From: Candidatus Latescibacterota bacterium
Lineage (GTDB): Bacteria; Latescibacterota; UBA2968; UBA8231
Direction of reading: 5' to 3'
DNA: 64,000 nucleotides
Assembly: GCA_965203355.1 (NCBI GenBank)
Contig: OZ241889.1
Span: 1,952,001 to 2,016,000, forward strand
Each line of letters opens with the position of its first letter. The stretch's first letter is position 1. The notes under the pieces are model-generated. The model searched no databases. It was given only the letters and a program-made list of their open reading frames with translations, and was not told the DNA's origin. This document shows, piece by piece, positions 45,836-56,046 of the stretch. Both the position numbers and the translations under genes were made by a program.

Positions 45836-46843
45836 ATGGAAAACCGCGCAGATTACACGTTGTTGCACCTCGACCAGCCCGAAGCGTTGGCCGAGTACGC
45901 GCGCGCTCGGGGATGGCTTTTGCCGACGGAATCAGTGCGCGAGTTGGGCCGCGCTGGCGAGGGCAATATGAACCTCACCCTGCGCGTGCAGACCGCCGAG
46001 CGTTCCTTCATACTCAAGCAAGCGCGGCCTTGGGTCGAGAAGTACCCGGCCATTCCGGCGCCCAAGGAACGGGTGCTGGTGGAGGCCGCTTTTTACCAAG
46101 CTGTGGCCGATTGCCCGCTGGTGGCCGAGCGCATGCCCGGCTTCTTGGGTTGGGACGAAGAGCATTTTGTCGCCGCGTTTGCCGACTTGGGGGAGACCGC
46201 GGATTGTACGGATTTGTACCAGGATGGCCGGGCCGCGTTTGCGCCTTTGCCGGGCCTGTGCCACTGGTTGGCGGCCCTGCACCAAGCGCCCTTTGACGAG
46301 CCGACCCGAGCGCGCTTGGAAAACCGCGCCATGCGTCAGCTCAACCACGAGCATTTGTACTGCTTCCCGCTGCGCCCGGACAACGGCCTCGACCTCGACG
46401 CGATCACGCCCGGGCTGGCGCGGGCCGCTCGGGCCTTGCAAGAGGACGCGGCGTATGGTCGCGCCCTGGCCGAGTTGGGTGCGCTCTACTTGGAAAATGG
46501 CCCCTGCCTGTTGCACGGGGATTTCTATCCAGGCAGTTGGGTGCGCGCTGGCGGGCAGGTGTGGATCATCGATCCGGAGTTTTGCTTTTTTGGCCCGCCG
46601 GAATTCGATGTGGGTATTCTCATCGGCCACTTGTTGCTCGCCGGTCGTCCCTTGGAACTGGCGCAGTCGGCGTTTGCCCACTACGGCACCGAGCCCCCGC
46701 TTTCCCATAGCTTGACGCTACAATTTGCCGGCATGGAGATCATGCGGCGACTCATCGGCGTAGCCCAGTTGCCGCTAACGGCTGACCTGCGGCGCAAGGA
46801 GGGGCTATTGGCGATCTCGCGGGAGTTGGTGTTGGGACGTTAG
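45836..46843 (+). CDS. APH-superfamily phosphotransferase, methylthioribose-kinase-like
   Basis: GEGNMN, ILKQARPW, LLHGDF, IIDPEFCFFGPPEFD.G, EIMRRLIG.A. Confidence 0.8.
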   Translation: MENRADYTLLHLDQPEALAEYARARGWLLPTESVRELGRAGEGNMNLTLRVQTAERSFILKQARPWVEKYPAIPAPKERVLVEAAFYQAVADCPLVAERMPGFLGWDEEHFVAAFADLGETADCTDLYQDGRAAFAPLPGLCHWLAALHQAPFDEPTRARLENRAMRQLNHEHLYCFPLRPDNGLDLDAITPGLARAARALQEDAAYGRALAELGALYLENGPCLLHGDFYPGSWVRAGGQVWIIDPEFCFFGPPEFDVGILIGHLLLAGRPLELAQSAFAHYGTEPPLSHSLTLQFAGMEIMRRLIGVAQLPLTADLRRKEGLLAISRELVLGR

Positions 46844-46845
46844 GG

Positions 46846-47784
46846 ATGGCTGCATTGCCCGATGTCATTCCGTTGACGCCCTATTACCGGGCGATGGTGT
46901 GGGGCGGACGCCGCTTAGCCACGCTCTACGGCAAAGCCCTGCCAGACGATGCGCTCATTGGCGAGTCCTTTGAGTTGTCGGCGTACCAAGGGCGCGAGAG
47001 CCGGGCGGTGGACGGTCGGTCGCTGCGCGAGTTGGTGGAAACGCATCGCGCCGACTTGGTCGGTGCGGCGGTGTGGGCGCGCTACCGGGGGCGTTTCCCT
47101 TTGCTTGTTAAACTGCTCGACGCGCAGCAAAACTTGTCGATCCAAGTGCATCCCAACGACGAGTACGCCCAGCGCCATGGATTGGGCGATAGCGGCAAGA
47201 TGGAGGCGTGGTACGTGCTGCAATCAGACGGCGGTCGCGTGGTTTGCGGGCTGGCCGAGGGCGTGGGGCGTGCCGAGTTCGTCGCCGCCCACGCGGCCAA
47301 CCGCGTCGCTGAGGTCGTCCGCTTTTATCCGGTGGCGCGAGGCGATGTGCTCTTTTTGCCGCCGGGCACGGTACACGCCCTGTGCCGGGGGGTCGTCCTG
47401 TACGAGGTGCAGCAAACGAGCGACCTGACCTTCCGCATTTACGACTACGGCCGGCCGCGGGTGCTGCACTGGGAGCAGGCCCTGGCGGTCATCGACTTTG
47501 CCCAAGGCCAGCCCAAGCCGGTGTCTCATCCGGTGCTGCGCGGCCAAGTGCTGGTAGAGTCCGAGCATTTTGTGCTGCGCGGTTGTGGCCTAGCGGGCGG
47601 CCAAGCCGAGCATGGGGCTGAGGGCGCGTTTCTGTCGCTGACGGTCGTCCGCGGGCGGGCGCGGGTGGGCGCGTGGGCCTTGGCCGCGGGCGAGACCGCG
47701 CTGGTGCCGGCCGGGCGGGCTTGTGCTGTCGCGCCGTTAGGTGGCGAAAGATTGGAGTATTTGATCGCTTCAGTACCCAGCTAA
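46846..47784 (+). CDS. manA: Mannose-6-phosphate isomerase, class I
   Basis: VWGG, IGES, FPLLVKLLDA, LSIQVHPND, K.EAWY, PGTVHA, EVQQTSDLTFRIYDYGR. Confidence 0.88.
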   Translation: MAALPDVIPLTPYYRAMVWGGRRLATLYGKALPDDALIGESFELSAYQGRESRAVDGRSLRELVETHRADLVGAAVWARYRGRFPLLVKLLDAQQNLSIQVHPNDEYAQRHGLGDSGKMEAWYVLQSDGGRVVCGLAEGVGRAEFVAAHAANRVAEVVRFYPVARGDVLFLPPGTVHALCRGVVLYEVQQTSDLTFRIYDYGRPRVLHWEQALAVIDFAQGQPKPVSHPVLRGQVLVESEHFVLRGCGLAGGQAEHGAEGAFLSLTVVRGRARVGAWALAAGETALVPAGRACAVAPLGGERLEYLIASVPS

Positions 47785-47854
47785 AAAGCCTTGCTGGAAC
47801 GCCCGTCCCGATTATCATTAACCAACGCAACCAACAACAACAAAGGAGTGCATT

Positions 47855-48658
47855 GTGAATCTATTTTCGCTCGCGGGAAAAGTCGCCCTAGTCACCGGCG
47901 CGAGTCGCGGCATTGGCCGCGGCGTAGCCCTGGGCATGGCGGAGGCCGGTGCTACGGTTATCTGTGCCGCCCGCACCCGCAGCCAACTCGACGAAGCCGT
48001 CGCGGCCATTGAGGCCGCCGGGGGCGCGGCGTGTGCGGTTGAGTTGGATATGGCCGACCTAGCGGGCATGGACGCGGCCTTGGAGCCATGCGGCCCCATA
48101 GACATCTTGTTCAACAACGCTGGCATGAACATCCGCCAGCCCATCGTCGAGGTCTCAGAGGAAAACTACGACCAGATCATGGCCGTCAACCTCAAGGGCC
48201 TGTACTTCCTCAGCCAGAAGGTCGGTCGCCAGATGATCGAGCGCGGCCAAGGCGGCAAGATCATCAACATTGGCTCGCTGACCACCGGCTACGCCTTGGC
48301 CAACGTGTCGGTGTACACCGCGACCAAAGGGGCTGTCGGCCAGCTTACCAAGGGCCAAGCCATTGAGTTCGGGCCGCACAACATCCAAGTCAATGCGATC
48401 TGCCCGGGCTTTGTGCTCACCTCGCTCACCGAGAAGATGTGGGCCGATTCGACCATGCGCGCTTGGGGCGAGGGGCGGGTCGCGCTCAATCGCTTGGGGA
48501 CGCCCGCCGATTTGGTTGGCACGGCCATTTTTCTCGCCGCGCCCGCCTCGGATTACGTCACCGGTCAGTGCCTCTACGTCGATGGCGGCTTTATGGCTGG
48601 CGACGAGTGGCCCTTGCCGCCGGCGGCTGGTGCGAATGCCGCGAGGAAAGCGGTATAA
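47855..48658 (+). CDS. Classical SDR oxidoreductase (gluconate-5-DH/KduD-like)
   Basis: TGASRGIG, NNAG, YTATK, NAICPG, YVTGQ.LYVDGG; AAGGAG RBS before GTG. Confidence 0.9.
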   Translation: MNLFSLAGKVALVTGASRGIGRGVALGMAEAGATVICAARTRSQLDEAVAAIEAAGGAACAVELDMADLAGMDAALEPCGPIDILFNNAGMNIRQPIVEVSEENYDQIMAVNLKGLYFLSQKVGRQMIERGQGGKIINIGSLTTGYALANVSVYTATKGAVGQLTKGQAIEFGPHNIQVNAICPGFVLTSLTEKMWADSTMRAWGEGRVALNRLGTPADLVGTAIFLAAPASDYVTGQCLYVDGGFMAGDEWPLPPAAGANAARKAV

Positions 48659-48694
48659 CCGCAGATTTTCCACCCCAATAAGGAGTTAGCTTGC

Positions 48695-50650
48695 ATGTCT
48701 GAAGTCTATGAGCCCAAGGCCGATGTACGCGCCCGCGCTCACGTCAAAAGCATGGACCAGTATCGGGAAGAGTACGCGCACTCCATCGCCGACCCAGCGG
48801 CTTTTTGGGCCGCCAAGGCCGAGGCGTTCCACTGGTTCAAAAAGTGGGATACCGTGCGGTCGTACAACTACGACATGGACGCCGGGCCGATTGCGATTGA
48901 GTGGTTTGTCGGCGGCCAGACCAACATCGCGTACAATTGCCTCGACCGGCACCTCGCGGCCAAAGGCGATCAGGTCGCCATCATCTGGGAGGGCAACGAG
49001 CCGGGGGAAGAGGCCACGCTGACCTATAAAGAGCTACACGAACAGGTCTGCAAGTTCGCCAACGTGCTCAAGGCGCGTGGCGTGGCCAAGGGCGATCGCG
49101 TCTCCATCTACCTGCCGATGGTACCCGAACTGGCCATTGCCATGCTGGCCTGCGCTCGCATTGGCGCGATTCACTCGATCGTGTTCGGCGGCTTTTCCGC
49201 GGACGCGCTGGCCGACCGCATTGTCGATTCCACCTGTACCACGGTCATCACCTGCAACGGTACGCATCGCGGCGACAAGCCCATTCTGATGAAACCCGTG
49301 GCGGACCAAGCCATGGCCGACGCGGCCGCGCGCATGGACGCCGAGGTAGCTACCTGCATCGTGGTTGACCGTGCGGACTTTGCCGTGGAGATGCAGGACG
49401 GCCGCGACTGCTGGTGGCACGAGCTGATGGCTGATGCAGACGCCGACTGCGCTTGCGCGGTCATGGACGCCGAGGACCCGCTCTTCATCCTCTATACCTC
49501 GGGCTCCACCGGCAAACCCAAGGGAGTCCAGCACACAGTCGGCGGGTACATGGTCTATACCGGCACTACGCACAAGTACGTCTTCGACTACCACGACGGC
49601 GACATCTACTTCTGCGCGGCCGACATCGGCTGGGTCACCGGCCACTCGTACATCATATACGGTCCGCTGGCCAACGGCGCGACCACCGTGATGTTTGAAG
49701 CCATTCCCACCTATCCCAACCCGGACCGCTATTGGCAGACTATTGAGAAGTGGAACGTCAATCAGTTCTACACGGCCCCGACCGCCATCCGCGCAATTGC
49801 CGCGGCGGGCGAGGAATGGCCGGCCGGCTACGAGATGCCTTCCCTGCGCCTGCTGGGCACGGTCGGCGAGCCGATCAACCCCGAAGCTTGGCGCTGGTAT
49901 CACAAAAACGCCGGCAAGGAGCGCTGCCCCATCGTCGATACGTGGTGGCAGACCGAGACCGGCGGTATCCTCATCACGCCGCTGCCCGGCGCGACCCCCA
50001 CCAAGCCCGGTTCGGCCACTTTTCCCTTCTTCGGCATTGAGCCGGTCGTGCTCGACCCGGAGAGCGGCACCGAGATCGAAGGCAACGGCGTCGCGGGTGT
50101 CTTGGCCCTGCGCGCCCCTTGGCCGGGGCAAATGCGCACGGTGTACGGCGATCACGAGCGCTTTGAGCAGACCTATTTCCAGCAGTACAAAGGCTACTAC
50201 TTTACCGGCGATGGCTGTCGGCGCGACGAGGATGGCTACTATTGGATCACCGGCCGCGTCGACGACGTAATCAATGTCTCGGGCCACCGCATGGGCACGG
50301 CCGAGGTCGAGAGCGCGTTGGTGCTACACGCCAAGGTAGCCGAGGCCGCGGTCGTTGGTTTTCCGCACGCCATCAAGGGCGAGGGTATTTACGCCTACGT
50401 GACGCTCAATGCCGGCGAGGAATACACCGACGCGCTCAAAGGCGAACTCAAGCAACAGGTGCGCACGGCCATCGGCCCAATCGCCACCCCGGATGTCATT
50501 CACTGGGCGCCGGGTTTGCCCAAGACGCGCTCGGGCAAAATCATGCGCCGCATCCTGCGCAAAATTGCCACCGGCGAGACCGACTCCATCGGCGACACGT
50601 CAACGCTAGCCGAACCAGCGGTTGTAGAATCGCTTATGGCCAATAAGTAG
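48695..50650 (+). CDS. acs: Acetyl-CoA synthetase (AMP-forming)
   Basis: [66 protein letters not shown]. Confidence 0.97.
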   Translation: MSEVYEPKADVRARAHVKSMDQYREEYAHSIADPAAFWAAKAEAFHWFKKWDTVRSYNYDMDAGPIAIEWFVGGQTNIAYNCLDRHLAAKGDQVAIIWEGNEPGEEATLTYKELHEQVCKFANVLKARGVAKGDRVSIYLPMVPELAIAMLACARIGAIHSIVFGGFSADALADRIVDSTCTTVITCNGTHRGDKPILMKPVADQAMADAAARMDAEVATCIVVDRADFAVEMQDGRDCWWHELMADADADCACAVMDAEDPLFILYTSGSTGKPKGVQHTVGGYMVYTGTTHKYVFDYHDGDIYFCAADIGWVTGHSYIIYGPLANGATTVMFEAIPTYPNPDRYWQTIEKWNVNQFYTAPTAIRAIAAAGEEWPAGYEMPSLRLLGTVGEPINPEAWRWYHKNAGKERCPIVDTWWQTETGGILITPLPGATPTKPGSATFPFFGIEPVVLDPESGTEIEGNGVAGVLALRAPWPGQMRTVYGDHERFEQTYFQQYKGYYFTGDGCRRDEDGYYWITGRVDDVINVSGHRMGTAEVESALVLHAKVAEAAVVGFPHAIKGEGIYAYVTLNAGEEYTDALKGELKQQVRTAIGPIATPDVIHWAPGLPKTRSGKIMRRILRKIATGETDSIGDTSTLAEPAVVESLMANK

Positions 50651-52620
50651 TGAGGGCAGCAATACCCGAAAGCAACGCGGACCCCTTCTCGCACGAGTGG
50701 CTGGAGACCAACGGCTTGGGTGGCTGGGCTTCCTCCACAGTGAGCGGGGCGCACACGCGGCGCTACCACGGCCTACTGGTTGTGGCGACCTGTCCGCCGG
50801 TTGGCCGGGCGGTGTTGCTGTCGCGGCTCGACGAGACCTTGGTCTTGCCCACCGGCCGGGTCGAGCTAAGTTGCCGCATTTTCCCCGGGGCCATTCATCC
50901 CCGGGGCGACCAATGGCTGACTGACTTCGCACTGGAACCGGTGCCGACGTGGACGTACGCGGGCGATGGGTGGGTATTGCGCAAGCGGCTGGCTTTGCTC
51001 GCGGGCGAGCACGCCTTGGTCGTCGCGTACGAGCTAGTGGAAGCGTCTGAGCCGCTTTGTTTGGCGTTGCGTCCCTTTTTCGCGGGCCGGGACTATCACC
51101 ACTTGATGCAGGCCAACGATCGAGTGGCAACAACAGCCGATTGGGCTGAGGACGTGTTGATCTATCGCCCCTATCGGGCGTGGCCGGCCACGCACCTCCG
51201 CGCGTCAGGGGCGGCCTGGGAAGCCGATCCAGACTGGTACTACAACTTCCAATATCCGCGCGAGGAAGAACGCGGCCTCGATCACCGCGAAGACCTGTTT
51301 ACGCCCGGCTACCTGCGTTTGCCGCTCGTCCCCAGCGCGACCGTTGGCGTACTGGCGGCTACTCAACCGCCCGCCTGCCGCGACCCCCTCGCACTCCTGG
51401 CCGCCGAAATCGACCGCCGTCAGCGGGTGGCGGGGTGCGCTCCTTGGGCGGCCGATCCGTTGCTGCGGTCGCTGGCGCGGGCGGCCGATCAGTTTGTGGT
51501 GCGGCGCGGCGATGGCCTACACACCATTGTCGCAGGCTATCACTGGTTCACGGATTGGGGCCGCGACACCATGATCGCGCTGCCCGGCCTCTGCTTGGTC
51601 ACCGGGCGCTTTGCCGAGGCGCGGGGCATCTTCGCGGCGTTTGCCGAGCACGTCAGCGAAGGCATGATCCCCAACCGCTTTCCCGACGCGGGCGCGGCGC
51701 CAGAATACCACGCTGTGGATGCGACCTTGTGGTTTTTTGTCGCACTCTACAAGTATTTGCAGTACACCGGGGATTACGAGTTTGCCCGTGTGCTATGGCC
51801 GACGCTAGCGGACATAGTCGCTTGGCACGAGCGCGGTACGCGCTATCAGATACGAGTTGATGCCGACGGCCTGCTCGCGGCTGGGGAGCCGGGGGTGCAA
51901 TTGACGTGGATGGATGCCAAGATCGGCGATTGGGTGGTCACGCCGCGCACGGGCAAGCCGGTGGAGGTCAATGCGCTCTGGTACAATGCGCTCAAAATTT
52001 TACAACACTTGGCCGAGACCTTGGGTCAACGCGCCGATTACGGCCCGCGCGCCGCTGAGGTGTTGGCGTCCTTTGAGCACCTGTTCTGGTGCGAAGAACG
52101 CGGCTACCTCTGCGATGTGGTCGCGCCCGAGGGGCCAGATTGGGCCATCCGCCCCAATCAAGTTTTCGCGCTCTCGTTGCCTTTTCCACTCGTCGAGGGA
52201 ACGCGGGCGCGGCGGATTTTATCGGTAATTGACCAACACTTGCTGACCCCGCGCGGTCTGCGCAGCCTAGCGCCGAGCGATCCGGCGTACTGCGCTCAGT
52301 ATGCGGGCGGCCCTTGGGAACGCGACAGCGCGTATCACCAAGGCACGGTTTGGGGGTGGCTCCTCGGCCCGTACATCACCGCTCTCTGCCGCTGCCACGG
52401 TCGCGCGGGTCGCCAGCGCGGACGCGCCCTGCTCGACGGCTTTGCCGCGCACCTGAACGAGGCGGGCTTGGGCATGGTCTCAGAGATATTTGACGCCGAG
52501 CCGCCTTTCGCGCCGCGCGGCTGCATTGCCCAGGCATGGAGCGTGGCCGAGTTGTTGCGGGCTGGGGTCGAGGATGTGGGGGCCTTGGTTGCATACCGAA
52601 AACGTCCCGAGACCACTTGA
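50650..52620 (+). CDS. Amylo-alpha-1,6-glucosidase / glycogen debranching enzyme (GDE_N + GDE_C)
   Basis: EWLETNGLGG.AS, TRRYHGLL, AGYHWFTDWGRDTMIALPGL, TWMDAK, YHQGTVW.WL, AQAWSVAE. Confidence 0.92.
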   Translation: MRAAIPESNADPFSHEWLETNGLGGWASSTVSGAHTRRYHGLLVVATCPPVGRAVLLSRLDETLVLPTGRVELSCRIFPGAIHPRGDQWLTDFALEPVPTWTYAGDGWVLRKRLALLAGEHALVVAYELVEASEPLCLALRPFFAGRDYHHLMQANDRVATTADWAEDVLIYRPYRAWPATHLRASGAAWEADPDWYYNFQYPREEERGLDHREDLFTPGYLRLPLVPSATVGVLAATQPPACRDPLALLAAEIDRRQRVAGCAPWAADPLLRSLARAADQFVVRRGDGLHTIVAGYHWFTDWGRDTMIALPGLCLVTGRFAEARGIFAAFAEHVSEGMIPNRFPDAGAAPEYHAVDATLWFFVALYKYLQYTGDYEFARVLWPTLADIVAWHERGTRYQIRVDADGLLAAGEPGVQLTWMDAKIGDWVVTPRTGKPVEVNALWYNALKILQHLAETLGQRADYGPRAAEVLASFEHLFWCEERGYLCDVVAPEGPDWAIRPNQVFALSLPFPLVEGTRARRILSVIDQHLLTPRGLRSLAPSDPAYCAQYAGGPWERDSAYHQGTVWGWLLGPYITALCRCHGRAGRQRGRALLDGFAAHLNEAGLGMVSEIFDAEPPFAPRGCIAQAWSVAELLRAGVEDVGALVAYRKRPETT

Positions 52621-52642
52621 GATTTCAACACGCACCACTACC
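52592..52642 (+). repeat. 51-bp direct repeat, copy 1 (overlaps the GDE stop codon)
   Basis: CATACCGAAAACGTCCCGAGACCACTTGAGATTTCAACACGCACCACTACC; 47/51 identical to copy 2. Confidence 0.92.
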
Positions 52643-52652
52643 CGATTTCCAT

Positions 52653-52693
52653 TTGACAGGTCTTGACTGAATACTTATAAAATAAGCTATAAT
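52653..52693 (+). promoter_or_regulatory. Overlapping near-consensus sigma70 promoters
   Basis: TTGACA (52653), N17, TATAAA (52676); and TTGACT (52663), N19, TATAAT (52688). Confidence 0.65.
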
Positions 52694-52885
52694 TCACAGC
52701 GGCGGGTATACAACCTCCGCCGTTTGCGGCACTCTTAGTCGGATTAACAGGACATGGGCACAGCGTCAATATCACAAAGCATATCATCGTTGGGATCGGT
52801 GCTTGATGCGATGACAGTGCCTTGTTTTGCGCTTGAAATAACGCCGAGTCTTAAATCTCATAGGTCGTTAAAAAACAATGACTTA

Positions 52886-52901
52886 CCCCCCCCCCCCCCC
52901 C
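52886..52901. repeat. Poly-C homopolymer (16 C)
   Basis: ...GACTTA CCCCCCCCCCCCCCCC TCAATT... in non-coding DNA. Confidence 0.9.
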
Positions 52902-53094
52902 TCAATTTTCTCGGGCATTAAGCTCTAAATTCATTCATCAGCCTCTTCCCTCAGTTTCCCTTCCTCAGCGGAAGCGGGAAGAGGTATTGCTCTGCCGCAT
53001 CGGCCTGTCCCACCGGCCACCTAATAAACGAAAACCATCCTCGGTATTCCTAGCGGTTGTCGGCCGGGAGGTCGTAGCACTGGGCGGTCCAAGA

Positions 53095-53145
53095 CATACC
53101 GAAAACGTCCCGAGACCGCTTGAGATTTCAAAGCGTACCACTACC
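53095..53145 (+). repeat. 51-bp direct repeat, copy 2
   Basis: CATACCGAAAACGTCCCGAGACCGCTTGAGATTTCAAAGCGTACCACTACC, 503 bp after copy 1. Confidence 0.92.
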
Positions 53146-53183
53146 AAACATGATAAGCCCGTAACTACTTACTCCAAAAAGTA

Positions 53184-54431
53184 ATGCAAGATTGGAATTG
53201 GGATAAGAACGCTTGGACTTGTTCCAAGGATAACCGCGAACATCATGCGCTCGCTAATTTTTGTGCGGTTTGCGGCGTTGCTGTCGAGAGCAAACCTGTC
53301 GATTGCATGGCCGACGTACCTCCTGGAAATAGCAAAGACAGTGCCGTCGAGAAGCTGCCGGTCATTATGGACCAAGTCGACGACCTCTTTAACGTATTCG
53401 GCCAGCCTCTATTAGTGAGTAAATCTAGTGGAAAAATGAGTACCTACATAGAGAGCGAATCACGCGCCCTGCCTCAACTCAATGGGGCTTCTTTGCGTCA
53501 GGTGGATTTTGACCGCTGGTGGATTTACGCGCTCACTGAGGAGGGAACGCTTCAAGTATTTCCGACCCCTGCATTATTGAACGACGATATGCTTCAAGCC
53601 GCTCGGTGGAAGCAGATTGCCGTGGAACATGAGCGCATCAAGAACATTGCCTTTGGCCGGGATCGGCTTTTCCTACTCGACCAAGAGGCATTGACTATTC
53701 ATGTATATAGTGTAGATAAAGCAAGTTGCCATCGATACTGGAAGAAAGAGACAGACATCTTCGACCAATTGAAAGAGCCATACGAGAATTCGTCGCCTAT
53801 CGAAGAAATGATTCCAATTCGGGGAAGCGAATCCTATCTGGGCTTAATAGAAGAGCAAAACAGGGTTGCTTTCTTGGATTTAGAACAAGGAGAGAAAATT
53901 CCGTATATGGACCCACTCGGCGACACATTAGAAGCCTGGGCGGGAGTGATGTACGGCGAAGAGCCGAAAAAGCCGTCAATATGGCTATTGACTAAAGAGG
54001 GTGACCTAGCGGCCCTAAATTTAGTCGGCCAACAGGTGAGAAAAGATATACTTAGCCAAGGCGAGGTGTGGGCCCTACAGGTATTGCGGATCGAATCCGA
54101 CTATTGGTATGTGGCGATGGAGCACAATCGAATGCTGTTGTTCGATCCATTGGATCGGCAAATTAAGTCCGAATTGGAGTGTAGTCCCGGATATTACTTG
54201 GAGCAAATCCATAAGACTAAAGGCATGGGCGGCTTGATCACCAACTTCCAAAAAGGGGGAGTGGGAGCTAATACGTCATTCCATCTTTCCCGTCTTGATG
54301 AACGGGGAGGGATGCCCTTGCGCAGCTATCCTTTCGGAGAAGAGCCGGTTGCGCCGCCAGCGGGTTTCGGCAAGTACGTGTACGTGCTGACTAAGGATCA
54401 TCTATATCGCTATGATCTATTGGCCATTTGA
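53184..54431 (+). CDS. Zn-ribbon + probable beta-propeller protein
   Basis: WTC..(x)..NFCAVCG Zn-ribbon; repeated short beta-strand units; ends PVAPPAGFGKYVYVLTKDHLYRY. Confidence 0.65.
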   Translation: MQDWNWDKNAWTCSKDNREHHALANFCAVCGVAVESKPVDCMADVPPGNSKDSAVEKLPVIMDQVDDLFNVFGQPLLVSKSSGKMSTYIESESRALPQLNGASLRQVDFDRWWIYALTEEGTLQVFPTPALLNDDMLQAARWKQIAVEHERIKNIAFGRDRLFLLDQEALTIHVYSVDKASCHRYWKKETDIFDQLKEPYENSSPIEEMIPIRGSESYLGLIEEQNRVAFLDLEQGEKIPYMDPLGDTLEAWAGVMYGEEPKKPSIWLLTKEGDLAALNLVGQQVRKDILSQGEVWALQVLRIESDYWYVAMEHNRMLLFDPLDRQIKSELECSPGYYLEQIHKTKGMGGLITNFQKGGVGANTSFHLSRLDERGGMPLRSYPFGEEPVAPPAGFGKYVYVLTKDHLYRYDLLAI

Positions 54432-56031
54432 AAACCAGCGACTCTGGTACGTTGCTCTGCTGTGTTGCCTAGCGTTTAGCGGCCCTCGTGCCGCCGCGGA
54501 GACCAATGTCAGCATCTTGGTTGATGGCTCTGGTTCAATGGAGGGCTTCCAACAAACAGGTGAGCTACAGAAACTGCTGGTCTCGCTAGAAAAAGCTTGC
54601 CAAGACCATCAACTGGAGGCGCGCACTTTATTTTTTGTATCCCAACACCCGGACTCGCTAGTGTGGAACAAGGCGGAGTCGTACCAGACTCAAGGCGCAC
54701 AATGGGGCAGCTATACCAATTTGCTCAGGGCTTTTGAAGAAGGGCTTGGATGGGCACCTATTACCTTTTTTCTTACCGACAATGTCCAAGCGACCACCAA
54801 TGACGAGGATGTTCGGGGGCTTTATACACGTTTTGCCGAGGATGTGGTACAAGTACTGTGGGCGGTGCCGCTGAATCTGTCCTTCGACGGGAGGTTGTTC
54901 AATCACCCGGACAAGGCTTACCATCAAGGCCGGCGTGGGGCGGTCCTTTATGCCTATCTCACAGAAGAAAGTCAACGTGCTAGATTCGGCAAACTCATCT
55001 CCCAACTCAGCGCTGGCGGCTTGGAACCGATGCTGATGAAACCGCTAGACCACCGCATTGTTCTACATCGCAAACGCAGTACCCCTTCGGACCAGCCGAT
55101 CGACATCGGCATGGACGAATACGAGGCGATAAATTTTTCCTTTACGCTAGAGTCGCAATTGAGCTATCTGAATATTGATCCAACGGATGAGCATGGTAAT
55201 CAAGTCCGGTTGAAGACGAGCCAGCCTAGGATCGATCCCATGAAGGCTGAGGATCGGCGGTATTGGATTCGAGCTAGCGGGAAAGGACGAGTTACTCCAC
55301 CCCGCCTTGAAGAGAAACTGGAGCATAAAACCCAGAACAAATATCGCTATTCGTGCCGGGTCCGCCTAGGCCCGTTCTTGCCCAGCGAAGTTGGCTTCTT
55401 CGACCAGCTTGACATGGCGCGTACAAGCCCGATTCCAGTGCAATATATGTTCAAGGTCGTCTTGGAGATACCGCCTGGCTCGTTTCGCATGACTCCGGTT
55501 TATAAGGAGAAATACTTTACCGACAACCCCCAAGAAGTCGAGCGTATCTATACGCCAGACGATCTGATACACTTCCTGCACCGAGACCGAGAAGGCTTGG
55601 AAGTGGTACCCAAGGGAGGAGCCATAAGAGGCAGGTTACAAGTCCGTTCCCCGCTCTATCTGTGGCGGGCTTGGGTCGCGGTGATCTTGCTACCCTTCGC
55701 TGTGATAGCTGCCGGGGGAATGGTTTATTTTAGGAGGCTGGTTTATCGGCTAGCAGACGTCAAATACAAGCACTGGATGCGCCCCGGCACTCAAAAGGAA
55801 TTGGAGTACACAAACCAAAGCGGAAAGGATATTGTTTTGGGATATTTGCGGCGAGACAGCCTGTTCAAATGCAAATACCGCTTACTGCCGGTCGAAGAGG
55901 GCGACGAAAGGGCTGAACTAAGAAATCGGATGGACGATCCGGTCGGAAAGGAGGGGGTGGCTTTTGAAAGGGATGAAAAATGGGTTTTCAACCACAAGGG
56001 CAATGAATTTAAACTGGAACGCCTCAAATAA
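54412..56031 (+). CDS. Exported vWA-like protein with C-terminal TM and cytoplasmic tail
   Basis: Signal peptide; ILVDGSGSM (MIDAS DxSxS), YTNL, FLTDN; TM AWVAVILLPFAVIAAGGMVYF followed by RR. Confidence 0.72.
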   Translation: MIYWPFENQRLWYVALLCCLAFSGPRAAAETNVSILVDGSGSMEGFQQTGELQKLLVSLEKACQDHQLEARTLFFVSQHPDSLVWNKAESYQTQGAQWGSYTNLLRAFEEGLGWAPITFFLTDNVQATTNDEDVRGLYTRFAEDVVQVLWAVPLNLSFDGRLFNHPDKAYHQGRRGAVLYAYLTEESQRARFGKLISQLSAGGLEPMLMKPLDHRIVLHRKRSTPSDQPIDIGMDEYEAINFSFTLESQLSYLNIDPTDEHGNQVRLKTSQPRIDPMKAEDRRYWIRASGKGRVTPPRLEEKLEHKTQNKYRYSCRVRLGPFLPSEVGFFDQLDMARTSPIPVQYMFKVVLEIPPGSFRMTPVYKEKYFTDNPQEVERIYTPDDLIHFLHRDREGLEVVPKGGAIRGRLQVRSPLYLWRAWVAVILLPFAVIAAGGMVYFRRLVYRLADVKYKHWMRPGTQKELEYTNQSGKDIVLGYLRRDSLFKCKYRLLPVEEGDERAELRNRMDDPVGKEGVAFERDEKWVFNHKGNEFKLERLK

Positions 56032-56046
56032 CACTAGGGAGTCGAG

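Noticed and set aside
47820-47845. CAA-rich run upstream of the SDR gene
   Set aside because: Short and imperfect; consistent with an unstructured A/C-rich translation leader before the RBS.
27828-50287. Long alternative ORFs (27828-29261 -, 29361-30515 +, 35815-37089 -, 49034-50287 -, and similar)
   Set aside because: Antisense shadows of well-supported genes in GC-rich DNA, with no family motifs.
52861-52885. TAGGTCGTT...AATGACTTA as a dif/Xer site
   Set aside because: Imperfect palindrome that does not match the dif consensus; kept only as part of the junction finding.
52592-53145. 51-bp repeats as a CRISPR array
   Set aside because: Only two copies, about 450 bp apart, and no cas genes in the window.
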